Below are positions 1-11,717 of a stretch of 45,200 nucleotides of DNA, in pieces. The stretch spans positions 1 through 45,200 of the forward strand of contig JAJRTR010000153.1 of assembly GCA_024278215.1 (NCBI GenBank). The letters run 5' to 3'. The position numbers and the translations under genes are program-made. Position 1 is the first letter of the stretch. Each line of letters begins with the position of its first letter. Source of the DNA: a bacterium (lineage in GTDB: Bacteria; UBP15; UBA6099; JAJRTR01). A model generated the notes under the pieces. The model did no database searches, had not been told where the DNA came from, and worked only from the letters and a program-made list of their open reading frames with translations.

Positions 1-174
1 CAATTGCAAAATTATGTTCGTAGCGAGGTCGAGCTAAATTGTTCGGAGCAAGGCGGAGGTGTAAAATCCTCGCAGGCGTACTTGTAGAGTACGTCGAGGA
101 CGATTTTGTGCCGACAACGCAGCTATGGACAATAGCCGCCGACCTCAGCAGAATCAGAATTTTGCAATTGGCTC
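1..174 (+). mobile_element. MITE-like element copy 1 (first 4 nt of left TIR cut off by window edge)
   Basis: Highly similar to copies at 11435, 13650 and 39980. Begins inside the left TIR (CAATTGCAAAATT), ends AATTTTGCAATTGGCTC, and has the central GCGTACT-TGTAG-AGTACGT hairpin. Confidence 0.9.
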
Positions 175-250
175 CATATTAAATCGTTTCCTACCAGACA
201 CCTTTTTTCACTATAGAATTAACACTCAAGAAAACACAATGGTATAGAAC

Positions 251-1684
251 ATGACAATTCGATCAAAACTACTTTTGTCCATGTCGCTGACACTGTTTTT
301 TGTCTCACTCCTTGGATTTATTTACTATAAAAGTCTTGTGACCATGAAGCACAGACTTATGCTCATTGAGAGCATTGACGATCTGGGCGCCGACATCTCT
401 GATATGAGACGCGCGGAAAAAAACTATATGTTGTACCATGATCAGAACAGTTCTCAAAAGTGGATAATGCAGATTGATTTGATTTCCAGTGCTATTAAAG
501 AAAAGACCCCTGAGATGATAAAACTCGAAGGAAAGCAATATTGTATACAGCTCAAGCGCAGTTTCGATGCTTATGCCACCCTTGCACGCAAGCTTGTTTC
601 GACACGGGACACCAAAATCGACGAAGAAAAGATTCGCAGGAAAGGCCGCATGGTTTATGCCTCTTCTCGCAATATGATCAGGATGGAACGCAGGCAAATA
701 GATGTCATGGCGAGTTATATGTTCCGTGTTTTTCTTATTTCTATTTCGATTATGATTTTTACAGCGTTGGTGAGCATAATAATAATCGCGAGAGACATCA
801 TAAGGCCTCTGACCAGGATCGAGCGTGCGACACGCAAGGTTTCCGAGGGAAACTATGTTCCGCTGACAGGCGTTTACTTGAACGACGAGATCGGCAAACT
901 TGCAAAGGCGTTCAACTACATGATTCGCCAGATCGAGAAACATCAGGAAGAGTTGGTGCAGGCCGGCAAACTCGCATCGCTCGGCACACTGACTTCAGGC
1001 GTGGCCCACGAAATCAACAATCCCATAAACAACATCTCGATGATGGCTCAAGCCGGTGTTCAACTATATGATGATATGGATGATATGGAACGTATCGATC
1101 TGCTGTCGAAGATTGACAAGCAGTGCAAGCGCACGCGTGATATTGTTGATAATCTGCTGGATTTCTCTCGTGTGCGTCCGCGCACTTTCGAATCGACCCC
1201 TATAGATGAAGTAATCTACGAAAGCATCCAGCTTGTCAGCAATCAGCTTATCATCAATAACATAAAATACAATATCAATATAGAACCTGATCTGCCGGAA
1301 ATATTTATCAGTCGCAATCGCATCAAGCAGGTGTTGATAAATATATATACCAATGCTGTCAAGGCCATGCCCAACAGCGGCCAACTCGATGTGGAGGTGG
1401 CGCTTTCGCGCAATAAACGCTTCGTAAACATAACGATTACGGATTCGGGTGTCGGCATACCGCCTTCTGTACAGATGCACATATTCGATCCGTTCTTCAC
1501 CACAAGTGAGGTGGGGAAGGGCACAGGGCTTGGTCTCTCCGTCAGCTACAGCATTATCAAACGTCACGGGGGAACCATCACTGTGCGGAGCGAACAGGAT
1601 AAAGGCAGTACTTTCACAATATCGATCCCTATAAATAACAAGGAGACTAAAAATGGAAACGAAACCCAGGATTCTTGTAGTTGA
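251..1684 (+). CDS. Membrane sensor histidine kinase (2 TM, HAMP, HisKA, HATPase)
   Basis: HAMP DEIGKLAKAFN, H-box GVAHEINNP, N-box QVLINIYTNA, G1 DSGVGI, F-box IFDPFFTT, G2 GTGLGL. Confidence 0.95.
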   Translation: MTIRSKLLLSMSLTLFFVSLLGFIYYKSLVTMKHRLMLIESIDDLGADISDMRRAEKNYMLYHDQNSSQKWIMQIDLISSAIKEKTPEMIKLEGKQYCIQLKRSFDAYATLARKLVSTRDTKIDEEKIRRKGRMVYASSRNMIRMERRQIDVMASYMFRVFLISISIMIFTALVSIIIIARDIIRPLTRIERATRKVSEGNYVPLTGVYLNDEIGKLAKAFNYMIRQIEKHQEELVQAGKLASLGTLTSGVAHEINNPINNISMMAQAGVQLYDDMDDMERIDLLSKIDKQCKRTRDIVDNLLDFSRVRPRTFESTPIDEVIYESIQLVSNQLIINNIKYNINIEPDLPEIFISRNRIKQVLINIYTNAVKAMPNSGQLDVEVALSRNKRFVNITITDSGVGIPPSVQMHIFDPFFTTSEVGKGTGLGLSVSYSIIKRHGGTITVRSEQDKGSTFTISIPINNKETKNGNETQDSCS

Positions 1685-2024
1685 TGATGAGGAAGTTGTC
1701 TGCGTAATGACAAAACGTATCCTTGAGCACGATGGTTTCGACGTCACCGTGTTTATGGATTCCACCCGTGCGCTGGCCGCTCTCGAACAGGAACAATTCG
1801 ATGTGTTAATTACCGACCTGAAAATGAAAGATGTTGACGGTATGCAACTGTTGGATTTCACAAATAAAAAATGGCCCGAGACAAAAGTCATTGTTCTGAC
1901 TGCTTTCGCAACCACAGAAGTCGCCGCAGAAGTTTTCGACAAGAAGGCTTTCGATTATTTTACCAAACCCGTTCGAATAAGCGATCTTCAAGCATCTGTC
2001 AAGCGTGCTCTTGAACATAAATAG
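1653..2024 (+). CDS. Single-domain response regulator (receiver)
   Basis: ILVVDDE, ITDLKM (phospho-Asp), LTAF, KP. Overlaps the kinase 3' end; AGGAG RBS upstream. Confidence 0.93.
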   Translation: METKPRILVVDDEEVVCVMTKRILEHDGFDVTVFMDSTRALAALEQEQFDVLITDLKMKDVDGMQLLDFTNKKWPETKVIVLTAFATTEVAAEVFDKKAFDYFTKPVRISDLQASVKRALEHK

Positions 2025-2416
2025 ATATGAAAGTATCCCCTGATGACCGAAGAAAATGAACGAGCAAATGGAAATGACGAAAATGGGAACCTTCCCCGAA
2101 TCGCCCGTACTCTTATGAATTCTCATATGAGGAAAACAGGCTGACATCCACCCTTATTGAATCTGCGAAAAAACGCACCGAATATGCAGGAAACAGAAAG
2201 CGCCTGCTTCCACCGCTTACGATGCGACAAGAGCATTATCATAAATATTTCACCAGTGTGGGTTAACTAATAAGGCGTGATAACTGGTGTGTTTAATATC
2301 TATATAATAGAATGTATATACTGCTCCTGGCGATGGATATCATAGAATGGAAATATCCAAACGATTCACACGCTGGAGAAAGAGAAAAAAAGAAAGTGTA
2401 AGCTCCAGATAACTGC

Positions 2417-4222
2417 ATGGAAGAATATTCCGACAGAAATAAGAGGCCGCTGATTTCCATTCGCGCAAAGCTGATGGCCGCATTCGTTGTTGGAATATTG
2501 ATACCTGTGTGCGCGATGCTTTACCTGATGTCAATGAGGCTGCCGGAGAGATACGACAGGCTGGCGGAGCTTCGTGTTCGCAGCGCGCTCGACGGGATCA
2601 GCTCGGATTTCGATTCGCTGATGAACGACACCCGCGAACGTGTGAAATCAATTGCAAACGACGACAACGTGGTCGAGGAAGTCGCGTCGATTTCGCTGAA
2701 GGGATCACCCTACGGAGCAAGCTGGTTCACAAAACGCATACGCACACTGAAGGATGCGACCGGGCTCGATATGCTGAAAGTGATAAACAGAAAGAAAACG
2801 CTTATCGCCGACGCGGTGAATCCGGAGAAGTTCAATGTATCATATAAAAACGATCCCTATGTGGCGGAAGTTCTGAAAAACGGTGTCACCAGAACATTTG
2901 CAAGGACGGAGAAGGTGGGAGGGAAAAACAGCGTTGTAATAATGGTCTATCAGCCTGTGTGGTATCAGGGCGCGCCTGTGGCGGTATTGATCGGCGGCAG
3001 AAAGATCGGGCGTGATTATTTAAACAGGCTGCATCGGCTGAGCAGCGCGAGGGTTGTTCTTTATGTCGACTACAAACCACTGATAGATTCAAACAGCAGC
3101 GAAACATCGGCGGGGTTGCCGATCGACAAAAGTTTTCTCGAAGACCTCGATCGGAAGCCGGGCCTGATAAGGAAGGTGGGCAGCGGAGACGCTGATTTCA
3201 TGGTGGGCGGCGTGCCGCTGACGGAATCGCAGACTGGCGAACTGCTTGGTTTTTTCGTAATGGGGGTGAGCAGGGATCAAGTAAAAAACATCATGAGACA
3301 GACACGAGCCGATATCGTGCTGGTCGCGCTGGTCGGCATCGGCATATCGCTTTTTCTCGCCGTAATCATTTCAATAGGGATAACGCGACCTATCTCCCGG
3401 CTTGTGCAATTTGCAAGGAGTATCGGGCGCGGCGATTTCTCGAACAAGAATATATCCGCGACATCACGCGACGAAATAGGGCTTCTCGCGGAGACAATGA
3501 ATCGTATGGCTAAAGACCTGTCGGACTACAGCGAAAAGCTGGCCTACAGTGAACGGATGGCGGCGTGGAGCGACATAGCTCGACGCATGGCGCACGAGAT
3601 TAAGAACCCGCTTTCTCCTATTCAACTGTCGGTCGAAAACCTTCGCGCGAGCTTCGATGAAGACCGGGCCGCGTTCGACAGGCTTTTCCCCGAGAGCGCG
3701 GAGACGGTTCTCGAGGAAGTCGAAAAGCTGCGTAAGCTGGCGAACGAATTTTCGGAGTTCGCGCGGTTGCCCGCACCTGTTTTTGAAGATGTCGAAGCAG
3801 GCGAGTTGCTTCGCAATCTTGTAGCTTTTCATGCAGGTATTACTCCGGAAAACGTAAATATAGAATATAATATCGAGGAAACGCCTCTGAAAGTACGTGC
3901 GGACCGTGACCAGTTGAATCGCATATTCACCAACCTCATTAAGAACGGTATCGAGGCGATGGGTGAGGGCGGCACACTGCATGTTTCCTCTTATGCTGAA
4001 AATGGTTACGTTAAATTTATATTCAGAGATGAAGGGAAAGGAATCGCGGAGGAAGACCTTGAAAAGATTTTCATGCCGTATCACACTACAAAGGTGCGCG
4101 GTACGGGGCTCGGGCTTGCGATTGTAAAAAGAATCGTCCAGGATCACGGCGCAGGCATGACGGTGAGCAGCGAACCCGGCAGGGGCGCGACGTTCGAACT
4201 GGACTTCAGGCAGGTCGATTAA
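2417..4222 (+). CDS. NtrY-like sensor histidine kinase (Cache-like extracytoplasmic domain, HAMP, HisKA, HATPase)
   Basis: AAWSDIARRMAHEIKNPLSPI is an NtrY-type H-box; HAMP DEIGLLAETMN; GTGLGLAIV. Confidence 0.92.
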   Translation: MEEYSDRNKRPLISIRAKLMAAFVVGILIPVCAMLYLMSMRLPERYDRLAELRVRSALDGISSDFDSLMNDTRERVKSIANDDNVVEEVASISLKGSPYGASWFTKRIRTLKDATGLDMLKVINRKKTLIADAVNPEKFNVSYKNDPYVAEVLKNGVTRTFARTEKVGGKNSVVIMVYQPVWYQGAPVAVLIGGRKIGRDYLNRLHRLSSARVVLYVDYKPLIDSNSSETSAGLPIDKSFLEDLDRKPGLIRKVGSGDADFMVGGVPLTESQTGELLGFFVMGVSRDQVKNIMRQTRADIVLVALVGIGISLFLAVIISIGITRPISRLVQFARSIGRGDFSNKNISATSRDEIGLLAETMNRMAKDLSDYSEKLAYSERMAAWSDIARRMAHEIKNPLSPIQLSVENLRASFDEDRAAFDRLFPESAETVLEEVEKLRKLANEFSEFARLPAPVFEDVEAGELLRNLVAFHAGITPENVNIEYNIEETPLKVRADRDQLNRIFTNLIKNGIEAMGEGGTLHVSSYAENGYVKFIFRDEGKGIAEEDLEKIFMPYHTTKVRGTGLGLAIVKRIVQDHGAGMTVSSEPGRGATFELDFRQVD

Positions 4223-4240
4223 CATGCGGAGGCTGTTTGT

Positions 4241-5605
4241 ATGAGTGAAGCAGGTATACTTATTGTGGATGACGAAAAAAATATCCTTTCCGCAATGTCC
4301 GCAACACTCGAGTCTGCCGGTTACTCCGTGGGCACGAGTTCCAACGGCAAGGATGCTCTCGAAAAGATAGTCGGCAACAGATATGACGCCGTGCTGCTGG
4401 ACATACAGATGCCGGGCATGGACGGAATGGAAGTGCTGAAACGCGCGCGCGAGAAGCGGCCCGAACTCATAGCGATCATAATGAGCGGCCACGGCACGAT
4501 CAGTACGGCGGTGAAGGCGACGAAGCTGGGCGCTTATGATTTCATAGAAAAGCCTGTGTCGCGCGACAAGCTGTTGCTGACGATCAGGCGCGCGCTGGAC
4601 TTCCGGCGCCTCGAAGACGAAAACACCGAACTGCGCAGCCAGATAGCACATAAGTTTGACATCGTCGGGCAGAGCCCGAAAATAAAACAGTTGCTGAATA
4701 GGATCGAGACGGTCGGCGCGTCGCCCAGCAGGGTAATGATACGCGGCGAAAACGGTGTCGGCAAAGAACTCGTCGCCCGCGCTATCCACCAGGCCGGCGC
4801 GAGGGCCGACAAGCCGTTTATAAAAGTAAATTGCGCCGCGATCCCCAACGAATTGATAGAAAGCGAACTTTTCGGACATGAAAAAGGCGCATTCACAGGC
4901 GCCACCACTATGAGGCGCGGTAAGTTCGAGCTCGCGCACAGAGGCACTATCTTTCTCGACGAAATCGGCGACATGCACCTCGAAACACAGGCCAAGGTGC
5001 TGCGCGTGCTACAGGAAAATGAACTCCAGAAAGTCGGCGGCGACGAGCTGATAAAAGTCGATGTCCGCGTCATTACAGCAACAAACAAGGACCTCGAAGC
5101 AGAGATCAGAAATAATAATTTCAGGGAAGACCTCTTTTTTCGCCTGAACGTGATCCCCATCGAGGTGCCGCCTCTGCGGGAGCGCAAGGAAGACATACCA
5201 CTTCTTGCGCGTCACTTCTTCAAGAACTTCACAGACGAATACGGACGCACAAAAAAGCAGTGGACGGAAGATGCTTTCGACGCGCTTGTCGAGTATCCCT
5301 GGCCCGGAAATGTCAGGGAGCTACAGAACCTTACGGAACGTGTTTATATCATGTCTGAAACAGACGTTATCGACGCGGAGACAGTGAGGTCGTTTCTGCC
5401 GAAACATGCTCCGGACGGCACCGCGCTCGAGGATATAGACCCTGACAGGCCACTCAAGGAAGCGGTCCTCGCTTTCGAAAAAAAATATATAGAAAAGAAA
5501 TTGAAGGAAAGAAACTACAGGATAAGCGAGGCTGCGAGATCGCTGCAACTCGAACGCAGCCATCTCTACAAAAAAATTAAAGCACATGGAATAAATGTTC
5601 CTTGA
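4241..5605 (+). CDS. Sigma54-dependent response regulator, NtrX/NtrC family (REC-AAA+-HTH)
   Basis: Receiver domain, Walker A GENGVGKE, GAFTGA loop, FLDEIG, WPGNVREL, C-terminal HTH ERSHLYKK. Directly downstream of the NtrY-like kinase. Confidence 0.95.
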   Translation: MSEAGILIVDDEKNILSAMSATLESAGYSVGTSSNGKDALEKIVGNRYDAVLLDIQMPGMDGMEVLKRAREKRPELIAIIMSGHGTISTAVKATKLGAYDFIEKPVSRDKLLLTIRRALDFRRLEDENTELRSQIAHKFDIVGQSPKIKQLLNRIETVGASPSRVMIRGENGVGKELVARAIHQAGARADKPFIKVNCAAIPNELIESELFGHEKGAFTGATTMRRGKFELAHRGTIFLDEIGDMHLETQAKVLRVLQENELQKVGGDELIKVDVRVITATNKDLEAEIRNNNFREDLFFRLNVIPIEVPPLRERKEDIPLLARHFFKNFTDEYGRTKKQWTEDAFDALVEYPWPGNVRELQNLTERVYIMSETDVIDAETVRSFLPKHAPDGTALEDIDPDRPLKEAVLAFEKKYIEKKLKERNYRISEAARSLQLERSHLYKKIKAHGINVP

Positions 5606-5697
5606 GCGGAATAAAATCGACTTAATTGAAGAAGACAACTGAGTTTTGCAAGCGGCTCATAAAAGTGACGGCAGGAAACAACTCACGGAGGTAGAGC

Positions 5698-6921
5698 ATG
5701 AAAAAGTTAATTGTCCTGATTTCAACTATTGCGGTCGGAATCGTCTTTCTGGCTGGTTGTTCCAGTGTACCCGACGGCAAACCCGCTATGCCCACAACAG
5801 GCGCGGACAAGCTCAACTACAAGAATGAAGGCGCGCATTTCGAAAGTCCCTTCGAGTACTGGTATGTTACAGGCCATCTGGACACGGACGAAGGCCGGCT
5901 GTATTTCGCGACTCATTTTCACAGGGTAGGCAGTGTTTACATGCAGACCCGCAACGCCTACAACTCTTTGCGGCTGCCCGACGGTTCGTACGATTACCGT
6001 TCAGTCGGCGACGGTTTCATACAGACACTTACCGGGAACAAGCTTAAGGAAAAAATGGAAAGATATCCGGACATGAAGATATATAAGGAGATTCACGATA
6101 AGCTCGTAAATAACGAATCCGAGCATTTTACTTATGTGCCCGAGGAAGACCGACCGATGTACCGGAACAAACTTTTTATCCGCATGAACAAAAACAGTAT
6201 CGAAAGAGCAACAGATACCACGTATTTATATAATTTGAAACTCGACACATGGGCCGGACTTCTCGATCTGAAGATGGAAGCCGTCTCCGAGCCGGTAAGA
6301 CTGTTCCAGGACAATATCGTGCACGTCGGCGGCGGCTCACTGATATGGTATGCAAAACCGTGGCTCGACGTGAAAGGAACATTCGACAGAAACGGCAAAC
6401 AACAGCAGGTCAGCGGCGAGGCATGGATGACACACATGTGGGGAACACCCGACCCGCGTGCTATGTACTCACAAGAATTTATCATGTTGAGATTGAATAA
6501 CGGCGGCGCGTTTCTCCTTATAAATCTATATGACAAAGATAAAAAACTTGCCAATACGAAATTCGTTTATCAGAAACCTGACGGAACACTGGAAACAGGC
6601 ATGAAAGTCACGACTGAACCTGTCGACACATGGAAGAGCAAAGCAACTTTTGAAACTTACAATACAGGCTGGAAAACATCCGGAGATTTTACCGGAACCG
6701 TAAAAGCCTTATATCCCGACAGCGAGATCATGCTCGATTATGGAGTAGGTGCCTTCTGGCTCGGGCCGTGCAGGTTCGAAGGGAAAATGGGCGCGTCGCT
6801 TTTTTCACCTGAGATCACGGGAGAAGGCTTCTGCCGGGTTGTCGGCACAGAGGACAAACCCGGTGATTCAATAGTCGAGAAGATCAAGAAAAAGAAGACG
6901 GAAGAAACAAAGAGCAAATAA
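5698..6921 (+). CDS. Lipoprotein, CrtC/AttH-like lipocalin double-barrel family
   Basis: Lipobox FLAGC; EYWYVTGHL, VSGEAWMTHMWG and WKS..T...Y...W resemble AttH/CrtC-like motifs; GGAGG RBS. Confidence 0.65.
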   Translation: MKKLIVLISTIAVGIVFLAGCSSVPDGKPAMPTTGADKLNYKNEGAHFESPFEYWYVTGHLDTDEGRLYFATHFHRVGSVYMQTRNAYNSLRLPDGSYDYRSVGDGFIQTLTGNKLKEKMERYPDMKIYKEIHDKLVNNESEHFTYVPEEDRPMYRNKLFIRMNKNSIERATDTTYLYNLKLDTWAGLLDLKMEAVSEPVRLFQDNIVHVGGGSLIWYAKPWLDVKGTFDRNGKQQQVSGEAWMTHMWGTPDPRAMYSQEFIMLRLNNGGAFLLINLYDKDKKLANTKFVYQKPDGTLETGMKVTTEPVDTWKSKATFETYNTGWKTSGDFTGTVKALYPDSEIMLDYGVGAFWLGPCRFEGKMGASLFSPEITGEGFCRVVGTEDKPGDSIVEKIKKKKTEETKSK

Positions 6922-6979
6922 TGTAATATACGCAAGTCATGAACTTCATATATATAAAACCACTCGGATAAGGTGAAAC

Positions 6980-8253
6980 TTGTATCAGCACAACACACAA
7001 CAACAGGCGGCAACGACCGGCACAGGCAGGATTTCCCTCGATAAACGGCTTGTCGACGCCTGGAATATTGTCAGCGACAACCTTGTGCTGATCGTTCCGG
7101 CTTTTCTGGTCGCTGTTCTTAACATCATTGTATATGGCGGCCTCATCGGGCTGTTTTTCCTTTTATGTGTTAAGGACATCTCCGGGTTGAATATCAATTT
7201 GTCCGATCCTACGACATTTCCAATCGACAGAATCGGTGCATACATAATGCAATTCCTCACATATATTATCGGATTCGTGATAATAGGAAGCGTGTACAGC
7301 TTTGCAGTTAAAATCGTGCACGGAGCGGGATGGAGCAATATGTTCGCGTGTGCCGCAAGGAACGGAAAAACAGATTTCGGTGATTACATGGCAGGCATCG
7401 GAAACTTCACGGGGCGGATGTTCGGAATGCAGATGGTACGTACATCCATAATGCTGCTGCCTGTACTGCTTGTACTTGTGGCAGCGGTCGCATTCGCGGC
7501 CGTTGGTGGAGAAAACAGCGACGCGCCTTCATTGGTGATCATCATTTTCGGCGGATTAGCTTTGTTTCCGGTTATCGGTATTATTTCATTTATGCTGTGG
7601 ATGTGGCGGCCTGCAATGTTTGTCCGTGATATGCCGTTGATGGACTCTATGTTCGAGTGTATACGTTTTACACGCCTGCGACTCGCAAACCTTATTATAT
7701 TTCTCCTTCTGTGGATCGCCGCCACTGTGGCTGTGAGCACGATCTTCAGCGGTATGAATATGACATTTCAGATGATCGGAAGCGGAGCAAAGGACATCGT
7801 GTCCGGCTCGATTATTCTAATGATTATGTTCGCGGTAAGATTCGTATCCGGATTTTTCTTATTATGTATGAAGCTCTATTTCAACGCGATGTATTTCAAA
7901 TTCTACGCAGACGAATACGCTGTCGAACCTGCTCCGACGGGAATGATGTACAGGCAGCAGAATACGCAACCTTATTATCACCAGTCGTTGCAACGTCAAT
8001 ATCCCGGGCCTGTGTCGTCAACCGGTTTTCCGGCAGCCGGGCCTGTCGGACAACAGCCCGCGCCGGTTTCGGACATATTAAGTGAAATTGAAGAGATGAG
8101 CGATACAGACAGCGACACGAAACAATCCGGGAGCACGGAAAACAACAAGAAAACAGATGATATGCCGGACCATGATTCGCCGGAAAGTGAAGAAGAAAAA
8201 AACGGGCCGGACAAAGACGAAGGCGGCTCCCACACCCTGCCGCCGGACTTCTG

Positions 8254-8257
<4 letters not shown>
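6980..8257 (+). CDS. Hypothetical multi-pass membrane protein with Pro/Gln-rich and acidic C-terminal tail
   Basis: About 6 hydrophobic segments then a low-complexity tail; TTG start after AAGGTG; stop overlaps that of the convergent gene. Confidence 0.75.
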
Positions 8258-9789
<1,532 letters not shown>

Positions 9790-9893
9790 AGCCAGAGTCT
9801 CCGAATATCTTATGAGCCGACGGGCATTACGGATTTGCAGACCCATCAGGCAATATTCTATTTGTTTATGGATGTGCTTGTACAGAAGGGCAT

Positions 9894-9919
9894 AAAAAAT
9901 AAGGCCCCATGAAGGGGCC
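9894..9919 (-). terminator. Intrinsic terminator after the GILT-like gene
   Basis: Minus strand GGCCCC-TTCAT-GGGGCC followed by TTATTTTTT. Confidence 0.65.
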
Positions 9920-9957
9920 GATAACAATAGAATTCAGTCAGTTGAGATATCAGGTTA

Positions 9958-10887
9958 TCAGTTGCACGCATCGGGCGCATCGCCCGAATACATCTTGCAA
10001 AGTTTAGATTTTATGTTGTCATAGGGTACAGCGCCGACAATGTTTTTATTGCAATTGTAAACGGAAGTCGGTGATCCGCGCGCGCCGTAGTCCCTGGCGA
10101 GCTTCAGGTCCTTCTCGGCAAGCTGGGCGGCCTCCTCGGCAAAGCAGGTCTGCAACTTGTCTGTCGGTATTCCTGCTTGTTCCGCGCAATATTGCCATGA
10201 TTTCGCGTTGCCGCTTTTCGACTTGCCATAAATCTCAGTGCTGTAGCAATCCATGTAGTTGAGCCACATGTCGATGCCCCACTTGTCACGAATGCAAATC
10301 TGTCGCATGTCCTCGTCGACTTCCTTCTGGCCGTGCATCGAAGTAAATTTGTCGCCGTTCTTTTGCATAATGTAGTATGGTGTCCAGTCGAGGGTGCCGC
10401 CGAAATCATCTATCATCGGGCGCAGCACAGAAGAAACATACCTGACTCCATAGGGGCAATATGACATTATGAAAAAGTCGTTCTTGAGCTTGTCCTTGAC
10501 TATGCAGGCGAGGTTCCCGTTGTCGCTGACGAGTGACCTGCCCTGAATCTTGTAGTTGTCGACAATGTACAGGATGTCATTCTCGGACATAGAGCCGCTT
10601 ATCATTTTCTTGACAAGTCCGATAACCTTGTCTCCCTGCGGACAGAGTGCACCTTCAGCCTCGGCTTCGGCCATGCTGATATTTATCTTTGGGCAAACAT
10701 ATTTTTCCTTAACCTTTTTTATTACAGCATCTTCGTTTATTTTTGTGTCGGCAATCGCTGTTTTCATAATGCCCGCACCCGCTTCTTCATTATTGTTGCC
10801 GACTGCCGAGTTGTCGTACAGGTAGTACGCAACGAGCCCTCCTACAAGAAATGCAAGCAAAATAACCTTTGTTAATCCTGATTTCAT
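9958..10887 (-). CDS. Membrane-anchored thioredoxin-fold protein, GILT/DsbA-like, with N-terminal Cys-containing helical domain
   Basis: N-terminal TM; FFIMSYCPYG; FTSMHGQKEVDEDMRQICI; cis-Pro loop GSPT; GGGGGAG RBS. Confidence 0.7.
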   Translation of the reverse strand: MKSGLTKVILLAFLVGGLVAYYLYDNSAVGNNNEEAGAGIMKTAIADTKINEDAVIKKVKEKYVCPKINISMAEAEAEGALCPQGDKVIGLVKKMISGSMSENDILYIVDNYKIQGRSLVSDNGNLACIVKDKLKNDFFIMSYCPYGVRYVSSVLRPMIDDFGGTLDWTPYYIMQKNGDKFTSMHGQKEVDEDMRQICIRDKWGIDMWLNYMDCYSTEIYGKSKSGNAKSWQYCAEQAGIPTDKLQTCFAEEAAQLAEKDLKLARDYGARGSPTSVYNCNKNIVGAVPYDNIKSKLCKMYSGDAPDACN

Positions 10888-10975
10888 TTTCTCCCCCGTT
10901 CTCGAGTTGATTTCAGATTTTTAATATCTCAATTATAGTTTAACAGAGTAATAACAAAGTGTCCATGTCGGACTA

Positions 10976-11004
10976 TTGCTTGTATCGAATGAATTCTGTA
11001 TACT
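10976..11004 (+). promoter_or_regulatory. Putative sigma70 promoter for the phasin-like gene and tRNA-Pro
   Basis: TTGCTT-N17-TATACT, followed by AGGAG RBS and ATG at 11042. Confidence 0.55.
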
Positions 11005-11041
11005 TCTGAAATTCGCTAAATATTAATAGGAGTGCTCTGAA

Positions 11042-11416
11042 ATGGAAAGAGACATTGAACCGAGGCGCATTCTGATGATGGGGATCGGGCTTTTTGATTA
11101 CATCAGGGACAGGTTGGAAGAACTCCAGGAAGAGCTTGTCAGGCGCGGAGAGGAACGCACCGAGGACATAAGTGATTTCTGGGACGATGTCAAAGAAAAT
11201 CTTTCGATGAAATCAGATGCCGAAGATGATGGGGATTTCTCTTCAGGGGAAGATAGAGAAGAATCCGTACAGGAACTCGGCGGCCTTCTCACTGATGTCG
11301 ATCTGCCTGGAATGATAAGTGATTTTATCTATGATCTGGGATTGGCTACAACGCAGGATTTGTCGGAATTGAATGATAGAATAGACAGGTTGACGCGTGC
11401 CATTGAAAACTTCTGA
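11042..11416 (+). CDS. Phasin-like (PHA granule-associated type) coiled-coil hypothetical protein
   Basis: N-terminal GIGL...ELVRRGE and C-terminal LGLATTQDLSELNDRIDRL match the phasin-like pattern; AGGAG RBS. Confidence 0.6.
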   Translation: MERDIEPRRILMMGIGLFDYIRDRLEELQEELVRRGEERTEDISDFWDDVKENLSMKSDAEDDGDFSSGEDREESVQELGGLLTDVDLPGMISDFIYDLGLATTQDLSELNDRIDRLTRAIENF

Positions 11417-11434
11417 ATTTTCGATACAATATAA

Positions 11435-11612
11435 GAGCCAATTGCAAAATTATCTTCGAAGCGAGATCGAGCGAAATTGTTCAGCGCAAGGCGGAGGTGT
11501 AAAATCCTCGCAGGCGTACTTGTAGAGTACGTCGAGGACGATCTTGCACCGACAACGCAGCTATGGACAATAGCAGCCGACCGCAGCAGAATCATAATTT
11601 TGCAATTGGCTC
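11435..11612 (+). mobile_element. MITE-like element copy 2 (178 bp), TSD ATAA
   Basis: TIRs GAGCCAATTGCAAAATT / AATTTTGCAATTGGCTC, flanked by ATAA at 11431-11434 and 11613-11616. Confidence 0.93.
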
Positions 11613-11628
11613 ATAAGTCGTCGGATAA

Positions 11629-11703
11629 CGGGGAGTAGCGTAGTCCGGTAAACGCGCACGTCTGGGGGGCGTGAGAGCGGGGGTTCAAATCCCCCCTCCC
11701 CGA
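11629..11703 (+). tRNA. tRNA-Pro (anticodon GGG), CCA not encoded
   Basis: Acceptor stem CGGGGAG/CTCCCCG, anticodon arm CACGT-CTGGGGG-GCGTG, T arm GGGGG-TTCAAAT-CCCCC, discriminator A followed by TAC. Confidence 0.95.
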
Positions 11704-11717
11704 TACAACTGAAAATT

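Noticed and set aside
162-190. Outward-facing -35 (TTGCAA) in the MITE right TIR creating hybrid promoters
   Set aside because: No acceptable -10 hexamer at 16-18 bp spacing in the flanks of copies 1, 3 or 4.
2043-2144. 33-aa ORF MTEENERANGNDENGNLPRIARTLMNSHMRKTG after the first receiver gene
   Set aside because: No clear RBS or recognisable motif; cannot be supported.
3464-4978. Long antisense ORFs (e.g. 3464-4978, 13627-14544, 33119-34189, 35770-36711)
   Set aside because: They are shadows of well-supported genes on the opposite strand and have no family motifs.
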